This document shows, piece by piece, positions 62,724-64,000 of a stretch of DNA of 64,000 nucleotides. The notes beneath the pieces are model-generated. The model was not told the DNA's origin. It did not search any database and saw nothing but the letters and a program-made list of their open reading frames with translations. The stretch covers positions 67,456,001-67,520,000 of the forward strand of contig NC_043007.1 of NCBI RefSeq assembly GCF_006345805.1. The letters are read 5' to 3'. The stretch is from Octopus sinensis. Lineage: Eukaryota. Each line of letters opens with the position of its first letter. Within the stretch, counting starts at the first letter, position 1. The translations under genes and the position numbers were made by a program.

Positions 62724-63156
62724 GGGATCTTTTCGGTTTGAATGGCAGTTTTTTCTAGCAGTATCATATGAAATTGTCACCCATAATTATGACCCTAGTA
62801 TCGATCTATTGCATTTCAATCTGTTTTAGGGTTAGGGTTAGGGGTGGGGGGAAGAGTATTTTTTTTTCTTCACAAATGTAAATAAACCCAATCTGATTCT
62901 TAAACGTGGGACATATTCATACGGCACAGAATTTCTGCAATTTCAACCAATCAATGGCCTCATTAGACGTCATTGATTGGTTGAAATTGCAGAAATTGAA
63001 GAAAAAAAACAACTATCTTACAAACTATAGAATTTTCTCAATAAACCCAAGAGAAAATGATGTTTTATAAACACATTCTACCAGTATACGAAGTTTAACA
63101 TTTTTTAGTTACCTAGAAATTATGGTAAAAACTGCCGTTCAAACCGAAAAGATCCC
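62724..63156. mobile_element. 433-bp MITE with ~30-bp TIRs and 6-bp TSD
   Basis: ATAAGT|GGGATCTTTTCGGTTTGAATGGCAGTTTTT ... AAAAACTGCCGTTCAAACCGAAAAGATCCC|ATAAGT. Confidence 0.88.
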
Positions 63157-64000
63157 ATAAGTGTATTCAAGAGATAGATATTGTCGGTTATATTGGTCCC
63201 AGAACTTGACTGGTACTTATTTTATCGACCCCGACAGGATTTGAACTCAGAACGAAATACTGCAATACATTTTATCCGTTGCTGTACTGGTTCTGCAAAT
63301 ACGTCGTCTTGTGATGACAGAAGACAGAGAAGCAGACGAAAAATAGAATTACATTTTTAAAAAATGGGAGACCTGTTGAGGTAATATGGTCCTTGATAAA
63401 CTGTCTGGAATTACTTTGATCATAGGTCAACTCGATCAATTATTGTTATGGCAGTTGCTGTTTAGCCGCAACGCTGACCTGGGGCTAAACAACAATCACA
63501 GCGATAATTTCTTTATTTGCTAAGGTCATCAAAACTAACAACGAAGTAACTAAGTAGAGGAATGTGATGGGTGATTCCAAGGAACAGACAAGGCGAGACG
63601 TCCATGACCAACACTAAGCGTATAATGCAAGATAATTCATTACTATCTTCAATGAGGAAACTTCGACATGGTCGCTCTATCTGCTAAAAATAACAGTCAA
63701 ATCTCTCTTGAATCACACCCTGCCGTCTTTAAAAAAAAAAGGGCATCACCGGATAATGTAACCCGAAAAAAAAGACTAGATGATCGAAGTTGATTTACTC
63801 AATCAGGGCTGACTTAGGGTTATACTATTTATCACAATTATAACCTATTACTTGTTTATCATAAAAATATTAAGTGGCCGTTATACCATAGAAATAAAAC
63901 GAATAATCATTAAACACCTACATTTTTGTATATAAACTTCACCTTCCTACTTGAAAATAAAAAAAAATTAAATAACTTAATAACAAATCAATTTACTACC

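Noticed and set aside
62826-62843. (TTAGGG)3 as a chromosome end or interstitial telomere fusion
   Set aside because: Only three units, internal to a TIR-bounded MITE
58400-64000. Search for the MDM1 start exon(s) carrying the first SEYxxxF and AGLRSDQL motifs
   Set aside because: No convincing match on the - strand; probably beyond the window end

Overview
AT-rich, intron-containing animal genomic DNA. The SINE, MITE and microsatellite landscape looks cephalopod (Octopus-like); this is inferred from repeat style, not proven. Two convergent spliced genes were reconstructed by hand from splice signals and codon phase. (1) ATP6AP1/Ac45 (V-ATPase accessory subunit S1), + strand, six exons from 1461 to the stop at 9806; its 5' exons lie upstream of the window. 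(2) An MDM1 (SAXO6)-like microtubule-binding gene, - strand, about 19 exons from 58345 to the stop at 19291, about 975 codons in the window; the first exon(s) were not found and are probably beyond 64000. MDM1 carries a 264-codon block of symmetric (phase 0-0) exons, most of them tandemly duplicated. The rest is transposon-derived: three tRNA-headed SINE families, an RTE-tailed short element with 5' monomer arrays, decayed mariner/maT/RTE/CR1/Penelope copies and several MITE families. The most striking non-genic signal is a set of type-I hammerhead-ribozyme motifs with palindromic helix III in Penelope-related elements. One pair sits in the arms of a ~3.5 kb fold-back (~880-bp near-identical inverted arms) inside an MDM1 intron. 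Exon coordinates were counted by hand and are phase-consistent; repeat boundaries are approximate. No database searches or folding programs were run.
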